From Felis catus (taxonomy: Eukaryota), in assembly GCF_018350175.1 (NCBI RefSeq), contig NC_058368.1, positions 37,698,001 to 37,762,000 of the forward strand: a stretch of DNA of 64,000 nucleotides. Direction: 5' to 3'. The notes under the pieces are model-generated. The model had not been told where the DNA came from. It ran no database searches and was given only the letters and a program-made list of their open reading frames with translations. Both the position numbers and the translations under genes were made by a program. Shown piece after piece: positions 1 to 13,075 of the stretch (position 1 is its first letter; the number at the start of each line of letters is the position of its first letter).

Positions 1-1077
1 GAACAGGGTGGGCTCCTGTATTTAAAAACAGTTCCTTTCCCCAACCTCCTCCCTGAAGTTGTAAGGCAATTGTTTTCTTCTCTATTTACTTTGGAAACCT
101 GGTGAAGCTCCAGAGGGTAAATCTCACACTGCGATTTGTGACTAGATCCTCCTGGAGTTTGGAACTGTCAAACCTGTCCAAACTCGAGCCTTCGGCAATT
201 CATCAATTACGGTTCAGGTTTTCTGACCCTGGCCCAGGTTCCTGAGGCAGTTTCCACTCCTGAGGCTCTCTGTTCTGGTAAGTCATGATTCCGTGATTCC
301 GTTTGTCTCTCCATCGTTAGGGGCAGTGGTTTGCCTAGTGTCTCCACCCCACCATCTGACAGATTCAAGAGTTGCTGATTGTTCAGCTTTTTACTTGTTG
401 TTAGAAAGAGTGGCAAATTTCAAACTCTTTACTTACATTGCAGAACTGGAAATCTGAGGTCCCAGTGTTAGATTTCGATGCTTACGAAGACATATTATTT
501 TTAAAACCTCCGTTTAAAAACTTTTTTTTTGATACACCGAGTAATGATTATATATGTATATGTATTTTATTTTTTTGTTGACCTCAAAAATTTATTTATT
601 AATTGTACCAGTTTATCTACATGTTATTTTGTACTCTGTATGCAATTACATCGTCTTCATAAGAGGATATTTTAATTTTTCTGTTGATAATTTTATATTT
701 TTGTTTAATTCCCTCGTATTTAACTGTTTCACTGATTTTGCCTCCTGCATAATTCTTAATAGAAACAACAATGGCAAGCATCTTTGTCACATTTTGAATA
801 TCAAAGTGGATAAATTTTCAATATTTATTCATTAAATTTATTAGGCAAAGAATTCTTAAATTCCGTTTTTAGTTTATTAAATTTTTTTGTCAAAAATAGA
901 TGTGAATTTTATCACTTTTACTAAATGTATTGAAATAATTACATATTTTTCTCCTACTTTAAAGACGTGAACAGTAAATAGATTTTTAAATGTTATACTA
1001 ATTTAGCACTCTTGGAATATATCTAATTTAGATTGTTAAAATTATATTTTTACATTTGCTTAGTTTCTCCAAATATT

Positions 1078-1150
1078 TTTTTTACTGTTTTATATTTTTT
1101 TATGTTTTATTTATTTTGAAAGAGAGAGAGTGTGTGAGCAGGGGACAGGC

Positions 1151-1195
<45 letters not shown>

Positions 1196-1360
1196 GAGAG
1201 AGAGAGAGATCGAGAGAGAGAAAGAATCCCAAGCAGGCTCTGTGCTGTCAGTGCAGAGCTCTGCCCTGTGAGGGGCTTAAACTCTCTCTAACCGTGAGGT
1301 CATGACCTGAGCTGAAATCGAGTTGGATACTTAACCCACTAAGCCATCCCCAGGCGCCGC
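1078..1360 (-). mobile_element. CanSINE (tRNA-derived, older felid/carnivore type)
   Basis: Poly-T, long (GA)n, SINE head ending 'caggcgccgc'; TSD tctccaaatatt at 1066-1077 and 1361-1372. Confidence 0.95.
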
Positions 1361-1700
1361 TCTCCAAATATTAAAAAAAAAAATTTTTTGCATCAATTAA
1401 AAAGCTGTATTCACTTGTAATTTTCCTTTTAATAATGTTATTTTCAGATTTTCCTTTTGAGGTTATTCTGGATTTTTACATCTTTTGTATGGAGTTTGTA
1501 TAGTATATTCCCTCAAATGTTTGGAAGGCTTCTTGAAAACTATGAAACTGACATTTCTTATTAGATGTTTTTAAATTACAGATAGAATTTCTTATAATAT
1601 TCAGATTTTTATTGGTTTTCATGTCTATATTACATGATGTGGTTTTCCAGGGATTTGTACATGATGCTTAAGTTTCAAATTACTGGAATGGTTTTTAAAA

Positions 1701-1913
1701 TTTTTTTTTTCAACATTTATTTATTTTTGGGACAGAGAGAGACAGAGCATGAACGGGGGAGGGGCAGAGAGAGAGGGAGACACAGAATCGGAAACTGGCT
1801 CCAGGCTCTGAGCCATCAGCCCAGAGCCCGACGCGGGGCTCGAACTCCCGGACCGCGAGATCGTGACCTGGCTGAAGTCGGACGCTTAACTGACTGCGCC
1901 ACCCAGGCGCCCC
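1701..1913 (-). mobile_element. Young felid CanSINE (SINEC_Fc type)
   Basis: Near-consensus, CpG-rich; perfect TSD tggaatggtttttaaa at 1684-1699 and 1914-1929. Confidence 0.97.
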
Positions 1914-1941
1914 TGGAATGGTTTTTAAAGTACTCTCTCTG

Positions 1942-2182
1942 GGGGCGCCTGGGTGGCTCAGTCGGATGAGCATCCAACTTGGGCTCTGGTCATGATCTCA
2001 TGATTTGTGAGTTCGAGCCCTGCATCAGGCTCTGTGCTGACAGCTCGGAGCCTGAAGTCTGCTTCGGATTCTGTCTCCCTCTCTCTCTGCCCCTCCCCTG
2101 CTCATGCTCTGTCTCTCTCTGTCTCAAAAACAAAACAAAAAAACAAAACAAAAAAACAAAAAACACACACATTAAAAAAAAA
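1942..2182 (+). mobile_element. CanSINE
   Basis: ggggcgcctgggtggctcagtcgg head, B-box-like gagttcgagccc, (CT)n, A-rich tail; degenerate TSD tactctctctg/tacactgtctg. Confidence 0.95.
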
Positions 2183-2544
2183 TACACTGTCTGAATTTAT
2201 TCTATCTGCAGGTGAGTAGTGAGTGTCCCTTTCATTTCTGACAGTGGTTATTATATCTTCTCACTTCTGTTTTTGATCAGTTTAAAAGATTCGTCAGTTT
2301 CTCTCTTTTTCAAAGAAACAACTTTTGGCTTTTTTATTTTCTCAATTATATATTTGTTTCTCTTTCACTTATATCTTTGTTCTTTGTCTTTTTTCCTTCT
2401 AATTAAATATGTGTTTGCTGTTCTTCATTGAAGTGGAAGCTTAGCTCATAGACTTGGAGCCTTTCTTTCCATTTATGGTGATGGATTTTCTTTGCAAGTT
2501 CTACATGCGAAGAAGTTATTGGTTGTTGGTGGGCTTTTACATTT

Positions 2545-4035
2545 TTAAAATACGTTTTATTGAGGAATAATTTACATGCAATAAAATGAATCAATTATAA
2601 GTATACTGAAAATGCATATAGTCCTGTAATCACATCACCAAAAACAGGATAAGAACATTTCTACTTTCCAAAAAAGTTCCCTATGCTTTTTTTAGTTACT
2701 CTCTCTTTGTACTCCCTTAGTTCTGACAACCATTTATCTTTTTTCTTACTGCTATAGGTTGTTTTTTGTTTTTGTGTTTTTTTTTTTTGAAAATTTGTTA
2801 TATATGGAATCTTCCTCATGCAGAATGTAGTCTCTTTTTTTTGTCTAGATTGTTTCTGTTAGCATAAGGTTGCTGAAATTCAATCCTTGGGGTAGAGATT
2901 TCAAGTGTGTAAGCAGTACGTTCCTTTTAGTGCTGAGTAGTATTACATTATATGAACGTACCATGGGTGTTTTATCCTTTGCACTTCTATTTTGGATATG
3001 ATTAATGAGGCTACCATGAATATTCAAGTATGAACCTTTGCATGAGCATAGATTTTCATATCTTTTTGGTAAATACATGTGACTTGCTGAGTTTTATAGT
3101 GAGTGTATTTTTTGCTAACACACTAATAAGCTGTTTCTTAAACTGGCTGTGATGCCTTGCGTTCAATTATCAATTAAGAGAATTCCAGTGGTTCTGCAGA
3201 GCTTCTCCACTTGGTTTTGTCTCCCCTTTTAATTTTAGCCCTTCTAGTGGATGGATAATATTATCTCAAGGTCATTTTAACTTGAACTTCCCTCAGAACC
3301 AGTGGTGTTGAGCATTTTTTGATGTGTTTAGTTGCTATTCCTATATCCTCATTGGTGAGGTATCTGTTCAAAACTGTTCATTTATTCTGGATAGTTTGTC
3401 CTGTTAGTGAGTTGTAATGCTTCTTTATATATTACAAATATGAATCATTACTGAATTATGTTTTGTAAATACTTGCTTCCTAGCTTGCCTTTTTGTGCGT
3501 ACATGTGAGTGGGGTGGGGGATGTTGCTGGGTTTTGTGAAGAGCACATTTTTTATTTTGAACAAATACATTTATCATCTTTTTCTTTCATGCTTTTTGAG
3601 ACCTGTTTAATCACTGCCTAATCGAAAGTCACAAAAGTTTTCTTTTCATATTTCTTCTAGATCTTTGATGGTCTTTGCTCAAATCTTTAGGTCTTTGATC
3701 TATTATTCCATCTTATTATTTTGTGTGTATGATTTGACATGTGTCTAAGTTTTGCTCTTGTTTGTTTTATTTGCTTATGGACGAACAATTGTTTCAGCAC
3801 AATTTGTTGTTGAAAACAATACCCTTTCCACAATGAATGACCTTGCCAAATTTGTCAAAAATTAATTCCTCATCTCTGTGTACCCATTATTAGGCTGTTC
3901 TCGCCACAGATGTACATGTCCACCTTTATACCAGAATTACACTCTGATCTCAATTGCTTTAAAATAGTCTTAAAATCATGTGATATTAGGCCCTTTGTTT
4001 CCTTTTTATTAGTAATCACTTTTTTTGCTGCTTTT
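2545..4035 (-). mobile_element. Ancient L1 3' end (L1MB/L1MC-like 3'UTR plus ORF2 C-terminus)
   Basis: Starts 'ttttattgaggaataatttacatgcaataaaatg', typical of the antisense L1M 3' terminus, followed by decayed ORF2 C-terminal antisense sequence. Confidence 0.75.
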
Positions 4036-4149
4036 GGTTCAATGTACAAGAACTATTTTTTATATGTTTGGTCTAGTTTCCTCATTGTTTAGAGGGGAGG
4101 TAAATTCTCGTAAAAGTTAATCATGACTGGCTCAAAGCAGAAATCAACC

Positions 4150-6100
4150 ACAACTTTTGCAGGTAGTATTTAACATTTTATTTGTACCAAAATGTTTTCT
4201 AATTTTGATTGTTTTTTTTTAAGAACCCTTTAAAAGCTTACTCCCTAAATATTATGTGGGTTGCCTAGTGCTTTTTGTTACTGATGGTAGCTTAATTCAT
4301 TTTTGGTCAGAACACACAATCAATATGTTACATTTTCAAACATGCTGACATTGTTTTCTAGCCCAGAATACGATCAGTTCTGTTAAATACCCTATTTGCA
4401 CTTGGAAATAATGCACATTCACAGCTTGTTGGGTGCCATCTTCTATAAATGGGCATTAGGTCCATTTTTTACATTCTGTGTCTCAAGACTTTTATATCCT
4501 ATTGATTTTTCTTCTTGGTTGCAGAGCAATACATGTAAAATTCTTTCAACACATAATGTATGATGCTTTATATTTATTATGCTCTGGTATCTCTTATAAT
4601 GCTTTTGCCTTAAAATCTACTTTTTCTATGATAACAGACTTGCACACATTTTCATTGGGTACTGTTGGCATGGTATATCTTTATCGTTTTGCTTTCTACT
4701 TTATAAATCTTTTAAGAGTGACCTTTGTAAGCTACATAAACCCTACCTACAGTCCCTGTACTTTAATTTGATTAGCACATTTACAGAGTTAATATTCTTT
4801 CCTCACTTTAATTCACCATTGTATTGTCTGATGTCAATCATTGTTTCGGTTGAAAAGTGGGTACTCAGATTCATTTTGTCACCTTTGAAAATCATCTGCT
4901 TTGTACTGTACTTGTAAGGTTTTTCTTTATCTTTTACCTCAGGAGTTTTATTATGATGTATGTAGACAAAGTGTTTATTTTTCTTAAGGCTCCTTGAATG
5001 TGTCAGTTGATTTTTTTAATTAAATATATATATATATATATATAAATAAATATGTATATATACAAATATAATTTCATATGATTTAAAATATATTCATGCT
5101 ATTATATATTGTGTAATTTATATATTATTACATATTCTATATTATGTGTTATCTGGTTTTGTCTCTTCAAGATTGTTTCTGCACTGTCTCTTTTCTTCTT
5201 TTTTTTTTGAACTCCAATTACATATTTGGTAGACCTTATCATTTTATATTTATAGAACCTTCATTATTTTCATTACTTTGTCTCCAAATGCTTTATCTGG
5301 ATACTTTCTTCTGATGCATTTTCCAGTTCACTAACACTCTCCTAAACTCTGTTTTTTCTCATGCTAAGTCCCTTTGTTGACCATTTAATTTCACATATCT
5401 TACTTTATGTTCCTCAATTTCATTTGTATTTTTTATATTTTCTGAATCTATGCTGAAATTTAATTTCCTTGAAAATATTAAGTGTAGTTATTTTAAATTT
5501 ATGATTTGAGAATCCCAGTATCTAGATTCCTTGAGGGTGTGTTTTTACTATCTCTTGTATCAAATAGGTTAATACTGACTTTTCTTCATGTATGCTCTAT
5601 TATTATTTTTATCAAGTAGTAGTATTGTATAGAAAAAGTTATGGGAACAACTTAAAGTCTGCCTGAGGTTATTTCCTTGAGAGAGGACAGATCCTTCTAC
5701 CAGTTGGCCAGTGGCATTAGCAACCCCATTTCTTCTCAATTTAGTTTTGGAAAATGTTAAAATTTTGGGCTTCAATCCCTTTGAGGAATTACCCATATTG
5801 ATTTATCCCCATCTGTCTTTGCTTTTAGGGTACCCAACCCAAATTATGGGTGGTTTTTCCAGCCCTCCCCCCATCAGGTTCTGGTTACCAAGTTTGTCTC
5901 ATTTACCTCTTTTTATGTTCCCTGGCAATTTAGGGGAAAATGACCTCAAATGCTCAGCTTAACTCTTTTGGTTTTCTTTTTTTGTGTGTGGATTTTGTTA
6001 CAGTAGTTTTAATTTCCTTAGTATCTCTCCAGTGTTTGCGACCAGACTTAGGAGAAGATACCTTCCAAAAATTTTAGTCACTTCAAACTTTCTAATCCAC
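4150..6100 (-). mobile_element. Ancient L1 endonuclease/ORF1/5' region fragments
   Basis: 4290-4470 resembles antisense EN region (ttttggtcagaacac...ccatttgcacttgga...); 4840-5560 resembles antisense ORF1; very decayed. Confidence 0.5.
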
Positions 6101-6759
6101 CATTAAAATAATTCTCCCACCAATTTTTTAAGTGCTTCTTTAATTTAAAACCCTAGATTTATGTATGACCATATGTTGTATCATTTAAGAGTTTCCAAAG
6201 TAAAAAGATGGATACAAAAGTGAGTAGAAAATATCAGGGGAAAGATGATAAATGTGTAAAAACAGTGGAATAAACACATTAATACCAATTTTTTTGTGAT
6301 TACTATAGACATAGGGGATTCATATTAAGAAGAAACAGGAAAATATGGAAGATAATTATGTGATAACTAGAGGTGAAATGACCATTTAAGAAATGATCAT
6401 GTTTTTCAAAAGTATAAATAAAATAAATTCTAAATTGGGCAAGGATAAGTTATTAAGTTACTGAGAATCATAGTTTAAAAATATTTTCAGTTATTACATA
6501 GTATTTTCTTTATGATTCTATCTGAATGTTTACCATTTCTGTTGGAATGTCATGTCCTAGGTGTATTTCCCATAAATAAATGCAACTGCATTAATCCTTA
6601 CTGCATTCATGTAATAAATGATTAAAGATAAATGGGATAGTACCTTTTTGTTCAATTTGTCTTATACCTTTTAAAGTCTTTCTAACCAATTGGACCATAC
6701 TGAGAAATGTGGCATTTTAAATTTTCATCTCTTCTTTTCCAGTGTTTGTACTTGCTAGA

Positions 6760-6885
6760 TATATTTATTAATCCATCCACCAATATTTATTTTACACATG
6801 ATGTGTTACAGGAATTGTCCTAGGATCTGGAGATACAATGCTAGAAAAGACAGATTTATTTCCTGTCCTAATCAAGATTAGTGTA
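6760..6885 (-). mobile_element. L2 3' end fragment
   Basis: 'atttattaatccatccaccaatatttatt...ctaggatctggagatacaatg...agacagatttatttcctgtcct' matches the L2 tail pattern. Confidence 0.6.
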
Positions 6886-7266
6886 TGAAAGATTCCAGTA
6901 ACCATGTATTGAGGAATTACTTTATGCCGAATAATCCATATGTTATCACTAAATTAGCCAATTTTCTCCCTGAACCTTTACTATTATGCTTGTTTTCCAC
7001 AGGAGGAAATTTAAAGTTCTTGACATTTTTAAGTCTTCCAAAACACATAGTAACATCAGAGACAATTTTGGTATCTAGGTTTTTCTAGCTAAAACCAGTG
7101 TAACACTGCTTCAAGATTTACATTTTTTTTTTAACTTAGCAACTCCTCCTTAGCTAATATTATTCTCTCATTTAGCTTTTATGTTGAAGATGGTCTTCTC
7201 CCATATCCTGTAATGTCCGTTACCCATTTTAAGAGATGGATTGTAGAGGAATACATTTGAAAAAAT

Positions 7267-7449
7267 ATATAAATATACATATGTATATATATACACATAT
7301 ATATGTGTACGTATGTATATATGTGTATATGCATACATACATACATATATATATGTGTACATATGTATATATGTATATATATTTGTTTTTGGAATCCATA
7401 TATATTTGTATACATGTATATATATACACATATTTGTTTTTGGAATCCA
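7267..7449. repeat. (TA)n/(TATG)n low-complexity array with duplicated 19-mer
   Basis: Directly visible; tatttgtttttggaatcca at 7380-7398 and 7431-7449. Confidence 0.95.
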
Positions 7450-8906
7450 GTTTTTAATTATATTGCAGGGTTGGGATATTGCTGTCTCTGGTGCATAGGA
7501 TTTATGTAGTTGGCAGTGTTTTATATAAAGGTCTGAGACATTTCAGAGTGTTACATAGTTGCCTGAAAGTTAGGTGCTTCTGATTTATTTGGAACATTTA
7601 TGGATTAATTAGTATTCTACTTGTTCAAAAGATGGCAAAATCCCACAAAGAAATGGTACCCAGATGCTTTTGCTTTAAAGAAAAGCATCTTTGACTTGAT
7701 GATGAAGATTAATTTTAAAGTTTATTCTTATATATTCTGATATGATCTATTTGCCTACTTTAGAATTTGCTAGGAGGAGGCTGACTGCCGAAAGGTTATA
7801 TGTCATGGGAGAAGTTCTTACCTGTATATAAATCTTTGCAACTACTTGCAACTTTGAGTTATGTTTCAAAAATCATTTGTTTGCTTTCATGATACTTGCA
7901 GGTATCATGAATTAAACTGGGGGACCAACAGGTCTTTTCTTTATGAGACTCCAGAAAAATAAAGTAGTATGAGTTTGTCCTGAAAAAGGTAACATGAACA
8001 CTGATTACAATAAGATAATGTTACATGATAAAAATATATCAGTGTATAATAGAGAATTGCTCTACTGGACTTGAGTTAGTTATCTTTGAGAATATCATTA
8101 GCCTCTTAATCAGTATTTGAAACCACTTTGTAATACCAAATATTTGGTGAGGTCCAGCTGTTTTTAAGTGTAATTTATTTACATACTTCCTTTCTTTACA
8201 TCTAGTTGTTTGCACGTATAATTTATTCAAACTTAGAAAAGAATTTATGTTGCTCACCGGTAGGAAGAATAAGTTTTAAATCTGAAAATAGGAAATTGTA
8301 AAAAAATAAAAATAAATAAAAATAAAGCCTTTTTCAAATAAGCATGATGAAAATACTCCTCATGCATAATTAAATCTTTAAAAAAATCAAATCAGATTAA
8401 CATTTCCAACAGAGAAGAAAAATGATAAAATACATGGTTCATAAGTAATTATTTTTCTAGCTGCTTTAATCACAATTTTTTTTTATTTTCAGAGATCATC
8501 AGAAAATCTCTTTATATTTAATTTTTCTTTGTTCTCACTTTGACATTATCCATGGCCTAGCCAATATTTGAAAAATAAAATGATTACTAAGATTTATCTT
8601 AACATAAAAAATTCTTGGCAATATTTATATGAAATTATTTTTATCTTCAAAATTTTTAAGCTTTCCTTGGCATCATTCATGTAGAAATTTGTAACCCTTT
8701 CCTTCTACAAAATGATCTATGAAGGAAGGAAAAAGGAAGAACATCACTTCAGGACAAAAACATGACATTTAAATGCTCATTATTTAAATCGTATAATCAT
8801 TAAGCATTGGGGATCCAGCTTTAAATCAGAGCATAAAGTGTATAAATGCTCAGTCTGCTCACACTACATATTCTACAGGTCACAGAATTGCTGATAGATG
8901 ACTAAA

Positions 8907-8950
<44 letters not shown>

Positions 8951-9419
8951 ACAGTGGTTAAAAATTCTAACTTGCAAATCTGGTATGCTATATAATATGG
9001 TTGTTAACCATTTTTCAAGCAAGAATAGATGCTTTTAAGTTCAAATCTCACAAATCTTATCTGGACTGACTTGTAACAAAGCATTCTGAATTATTCATCT
9101 AAGCATATGATTAAATCAGAGAATGAAGATGCATTTGTTAAAATAAAATCATACCAAAGATTTTAGAAGTATTTAGACTGATTGCAGTAATAACCTCAAT
9201 TGCTTATCACTTTCTGTGATATACCATGACCTATGACTCCGCAATTCATCACCCTGAAGAGGTGGTGTCTCATTCCCCATTCTTTAAACTTGGGCTGGCC
9301 TGGTGACTTACTTGATCCCACAGATTTTCACAGAAATGGTGTTATGCCTGTTCTGAGCCTATGCTCAAAACAATTGTGCGTATTTTCTCTTGTGTTTCCG
9401 TGCCTCTGCTATTCCTATG

Positions 9420-9749
9420 TGTGATGGTTAATCATATATCGACTAGTCTGGGCCACCTAGTACCCAGATATCTTGTCAAACATTACTCAGAGTCTTTCTG
9501 TGAGGGTGTTTTTGGATGACATTAACATCTAAATCAGTGGACTTTTAGTAAAGAAGATTGTTCTTCATAATGCAAACAGACTTCATCCAATCAGTTAAAG
9601 ACCTAAATAGAACTGAAACAGCTGTTGTCTCCATGCAAGGAAGAATTCTCTACCAGATTGCCTTGAAGTTCATCTGCCACATTGGTTCTTCTGTCTGTAG
9701 TGGACTGCCTTTGGACTTGAATGGAACACAGGCTTTCCAGGCTCTTCAG

Positions 9750-9795
<46 letters not shown>

Positions 9796-9848
9796 CACAC
9801 ACACACACACTGTAGGTTCTGTTTTTCTGGAGAATGCGGATTAAGACA
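9420..9848 (+). mobile_element. ERVL MLT2-type solo LTR
   Basis: TG...CA termini (tgtgatggttaat ... ttaagaca), internal 'gtcaaacatta...tctgtgagggtgtttttggatga', 'catccaatcagtt'; 5-bp TSD ctatg (9415-9419) / ctatc (9849-9853). Confidence 0.9.
9752..9810. repeat. (TG)n-(CG)n-(CA)n alternating purine/pyrimidine microsatellite
   Basis: Directly visible inside the MLT2 LTR. Confidence 0.95.
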
Positions 9849-10384
9849 CTATCAGAATCTAATGGAGGATGAAATACAAATTGAGGGGAGCTGCCATTTT
9901 GGTCTGAGACAAAGCCAGTATAGATCACTCACTAACCATTCAATCCAGACAAGATGATCAGAGTCTTCTACTGATCCCAGCTGACTTCAGAAGCATAAGC
10001 AATAAACATTTTTTTTTATTGTTATGTAGCAGCATTATAACGATATTTCTATTGGAACTAAAGTTTTTTAATGTCTAAGATAATTTTCAATTATTAAGAG
10101 CTTTTGAAACTTTCTAAATTTTGAGTTTAAGAAGGGCATTGTTTACTAAGTAAGAGAATTGAATTTTTTCACATTTTTAATGAAAGCATATTCCTGAAGT
10201 TTTTTCAATTCATTCTTCTTCAAAACCTAAACCTTTGAAAAATATCATTGTTTTATAATTTAAGTATGATCTCTACTTATGTGAAAACATTACTGAAGTA
10301 AAATTACTTACATTTAGTTATATACATCTGAAAGCAACACAAATTATTTGGAAGTGAGTTCATTCAGGATGGAAAAGAATTTTT

Positions 10385-10640
10385 TTCATTGTTTTTCCTC
10401 ATGATAAGTGTACTTTTTAATCCCCATCACCTGTTTCACCCAATCCCCCACCCTTCCCCTCTGGTAACCATCAGTTTCTTCTATATAGTTAAGTTTCTTG
10501 GTTTGTATCTTTCTCTCTTCTTCCTTTGCTCCTTTGTTGTGTTTCTTAAATTCCACATATGAGTGAGAGCATATGGTATTTGCCTTTCTTTAATTATTTC
10601 ACTTTAACATTGTACTCTGTAGCTCCATCCATGGATTTCA

Positions 10641-10695
<55 letters not shown>

Positions 10696-11242
10696 CACAT
10701 CTTCTTTAGCCATTCGTCAATTGATGGGCACTTGGGCTGCTTCCATAGTTTGGCTATTGTAAATAATGCTGCTATAAACATAGGGGTGCGTGTATCCCTT
10801 TGTGTTAGTGTTTTTATATCCTTTAGGTGAATACCCAGTAGTGTGATTACTGGTTTGTGGGATAGTTCTATTTTTAATTTTTTGAGGAACCTCCAAACTG
10901 TTTTCCACAGTGGCTGCACCATTTGCATTCCTACCAACAGTGCGTGAGGGGTCCTTTTTCTCCACATCCTCGCCAACACTTGTGGTTTCTTGTGTTTCTG
11001 ATTTTAGCCATTCTGACTGGTGTGAGGTGATAGTTCATCATACTTTTGATTTTCATTTCCCTGATGGTGAGTGATGTTGAGCATCTTTTCATGTGTCTGT
11101 TGGCCATCAAGATGTCTTCTTGGGGAAATGTCTGTTCATGTCTTCTGCTCATTTTAATTGGATTATTTGGTTTTTGGTGTTTTATAAGTTGTTTATACTA
11201 ATCCTTTATCAGATATGTCATTAGTAAATATCTTCTCTCACT

Positions 11243-11286
<44 letters not shown>

Positions 11287-12714
11287 TTCTGTTGATTGTT
11301 TCCTTTGCTGTGCCGAATTTTTTTATTTTGATGTGGTCCCAATAGTTTATTTTTGATTTTTATTTCCCTTGTCTTGGGAGACATATCTAGGAAAATGTTG
11401 CTATGGCCGATATTAGAGAAGTTACTTCCTATGCTCTCAAGTATTGTTAAGGTTTCAGGTCTCATATTTAGGTCTTTAATTCATTTTGAGTTTATTTTTG
11501 TGTATGGTGAATGGAAGTGGTCCAGTTTCATTCTTTTGTATGTAGCTGTCCAGTTTTCCCAACACCATTTGTTGAAGAAACTCTTTTTCCCATTGTATGT
11601 TCATTTCTCCTTTGCTGAAGATTGATCATATAATTGTGGGTTTATTTCCTGGTTTTCTGCTCTATTCCATTGATCTATGTGTCTGTTTTTCATGCCAGTA
11701 CCGTGCTGTTTTAATTACTACCACTTTGTAATGTAACTTAAACTCTGAGATTGTGCTACCTCCCGTTTTGTTTTTTGTTTTTGAGATTAATTTGGCTATT
11801 CAGAGTCCTTTGTGGTTCCATACATATTTTAGGAATGTTTTTCTAGTTCTTTGAAAAATGAGGTTGGTATTTAGATAGGGACTGCATTAAATCCGTAGAT
11901 TGTTTTGGGTGGTATAGACATTTTCACAATATTTGTTCTCTCAACCCATGAACATGAAATGACTTTCCATTTTTTTTGCATCACCATGAATTTCTTTCAT
12001 CAGTGTTTTATAGTTTTCAGAGTACATGTCTTTCATCTCTTTGGTTAAGTTTATTCCTGGGTATTTTATTGTTTTTGATGTAGTTGTAAATGGGATTGTT
12101 AATTTCACTTTCTGTTGCTACATTAGTAGTGTACAGGAATGCATTTCTGTATGTTGATTTTGTATCTTACCACTTCACTGAATTTATCTGTTACAGTAGC
12201 TGTTTGGTGCAGTCTTCTGGGTTTTCTAGGTAGAGTATCATTTCATCTGCAAACAGTGAAAGTGTGAATTCTTCCTTGCTGATTTGGATGCATTTTACTT
12301 TGTGTGTTGTCTGATGGCTTTGGCTAGGGCTCTTGGTACTATGTGGAATAAAAGTGGTGAGAGGGGACATCCTTGTCTTATTCCTGATCTTAGGGGAAGA
12401 GCTCTTGGTTTTTTTCCCCATTGAGTATGTTTGCTGTGGGTTTTTCATACAAGGCCTTTTTATGTTGTAGTATGTTTCCTCTAGACCCATTTTGCAGAAG
12501 ATTTTTATCAAGAATGGATGTTGTACTTTGTTGAATGCTTTTTCTGCATCTATTGAAATGGTCATATGGTTTTTATCCTTTATTTTATTGATGTGATGTA
12601 TCATGTTGATCATTTTGCTAATGTTGAACCACACTTGCATTCCAGGAATAAATTCCACTTGCTTGTGATGAATGATTTTTACATCTATATTCATGAGAGA
12701 TATTGGCCTGTAGT

Positions 12715-12771
<57 letters not shown>

Positions 12772-13033
12772 TTTGTAGTTTCTTTATCTGGTTTCTTTAT
12801 CAGGGTGATACCAGTCTCATAGAATGAATTTGGAAGTTTTCCTTCATTTCTATTTTTTGGAATAGTTTGAGAAGAGTAGGTATTAACTCTTCTTTAGATG
12901 TCTCGTGGAATTCTCCTGTGAAGCCATCTAGTCCTGAATTTTATCATTAAATAGATACAGATATAGATAGATATAGATATGGACAGATAGGGATGTAGAT
13001 ACAGATATACAGATATGGATATGGATATATATC

Positions 13034-13075
<42 letters not shown>

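Larger units (their letters stand above)
520..2450 (-). mobile_element. Ancient, heavily decayed L1 ORF2 fragments (L1M-type), interrupted by three SINEs
   Basis: T-rich tract with L1 ORF2 antisense-like motifs, e.g. 745-830 'cctgcataattcttaatagaaacaacaatggcaagcatctttgtc' resembles the antisense of the [11 protein letters not shown] region; boundaries approximate. Confidence 0.5.
9175..10045 (+). mobile_element. MaLR MLT1-type solo LTR (MLT1G/H-like), split by an MLT2 insertion
   Basis: 'aagaggtggtgtctcattcccc...acttgggctggcctggtgacttacttga' and 3' part 'cccagctgac...aagcaataaac...ttgttatgtagcagcatt' are MLT1 hallmarks. Confidence 0.7.

Noticed and set aside
1..470. Possible exon or promoter at the window start
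   Set aside because: No supported ORF or splice structure; it resembles an ancient L1 5' region, but I could not assign it confidently.
1634..2219. Recurrent peptides FLGQRETEHERGRGRERGRHR / GAPGWRSQLSVRLQPG in many ORFs (also 31454, 33785, 41582, 62408)
   Set aside because: Translations of CanSINE copies, not a protein family.
8917..8947. Isolated long poly-T as a tail-only retro-insertion (also 11247-11284, 32360-32388)
   Set aside because: No TSD or element body seen; mononucleotide expansion explains them.
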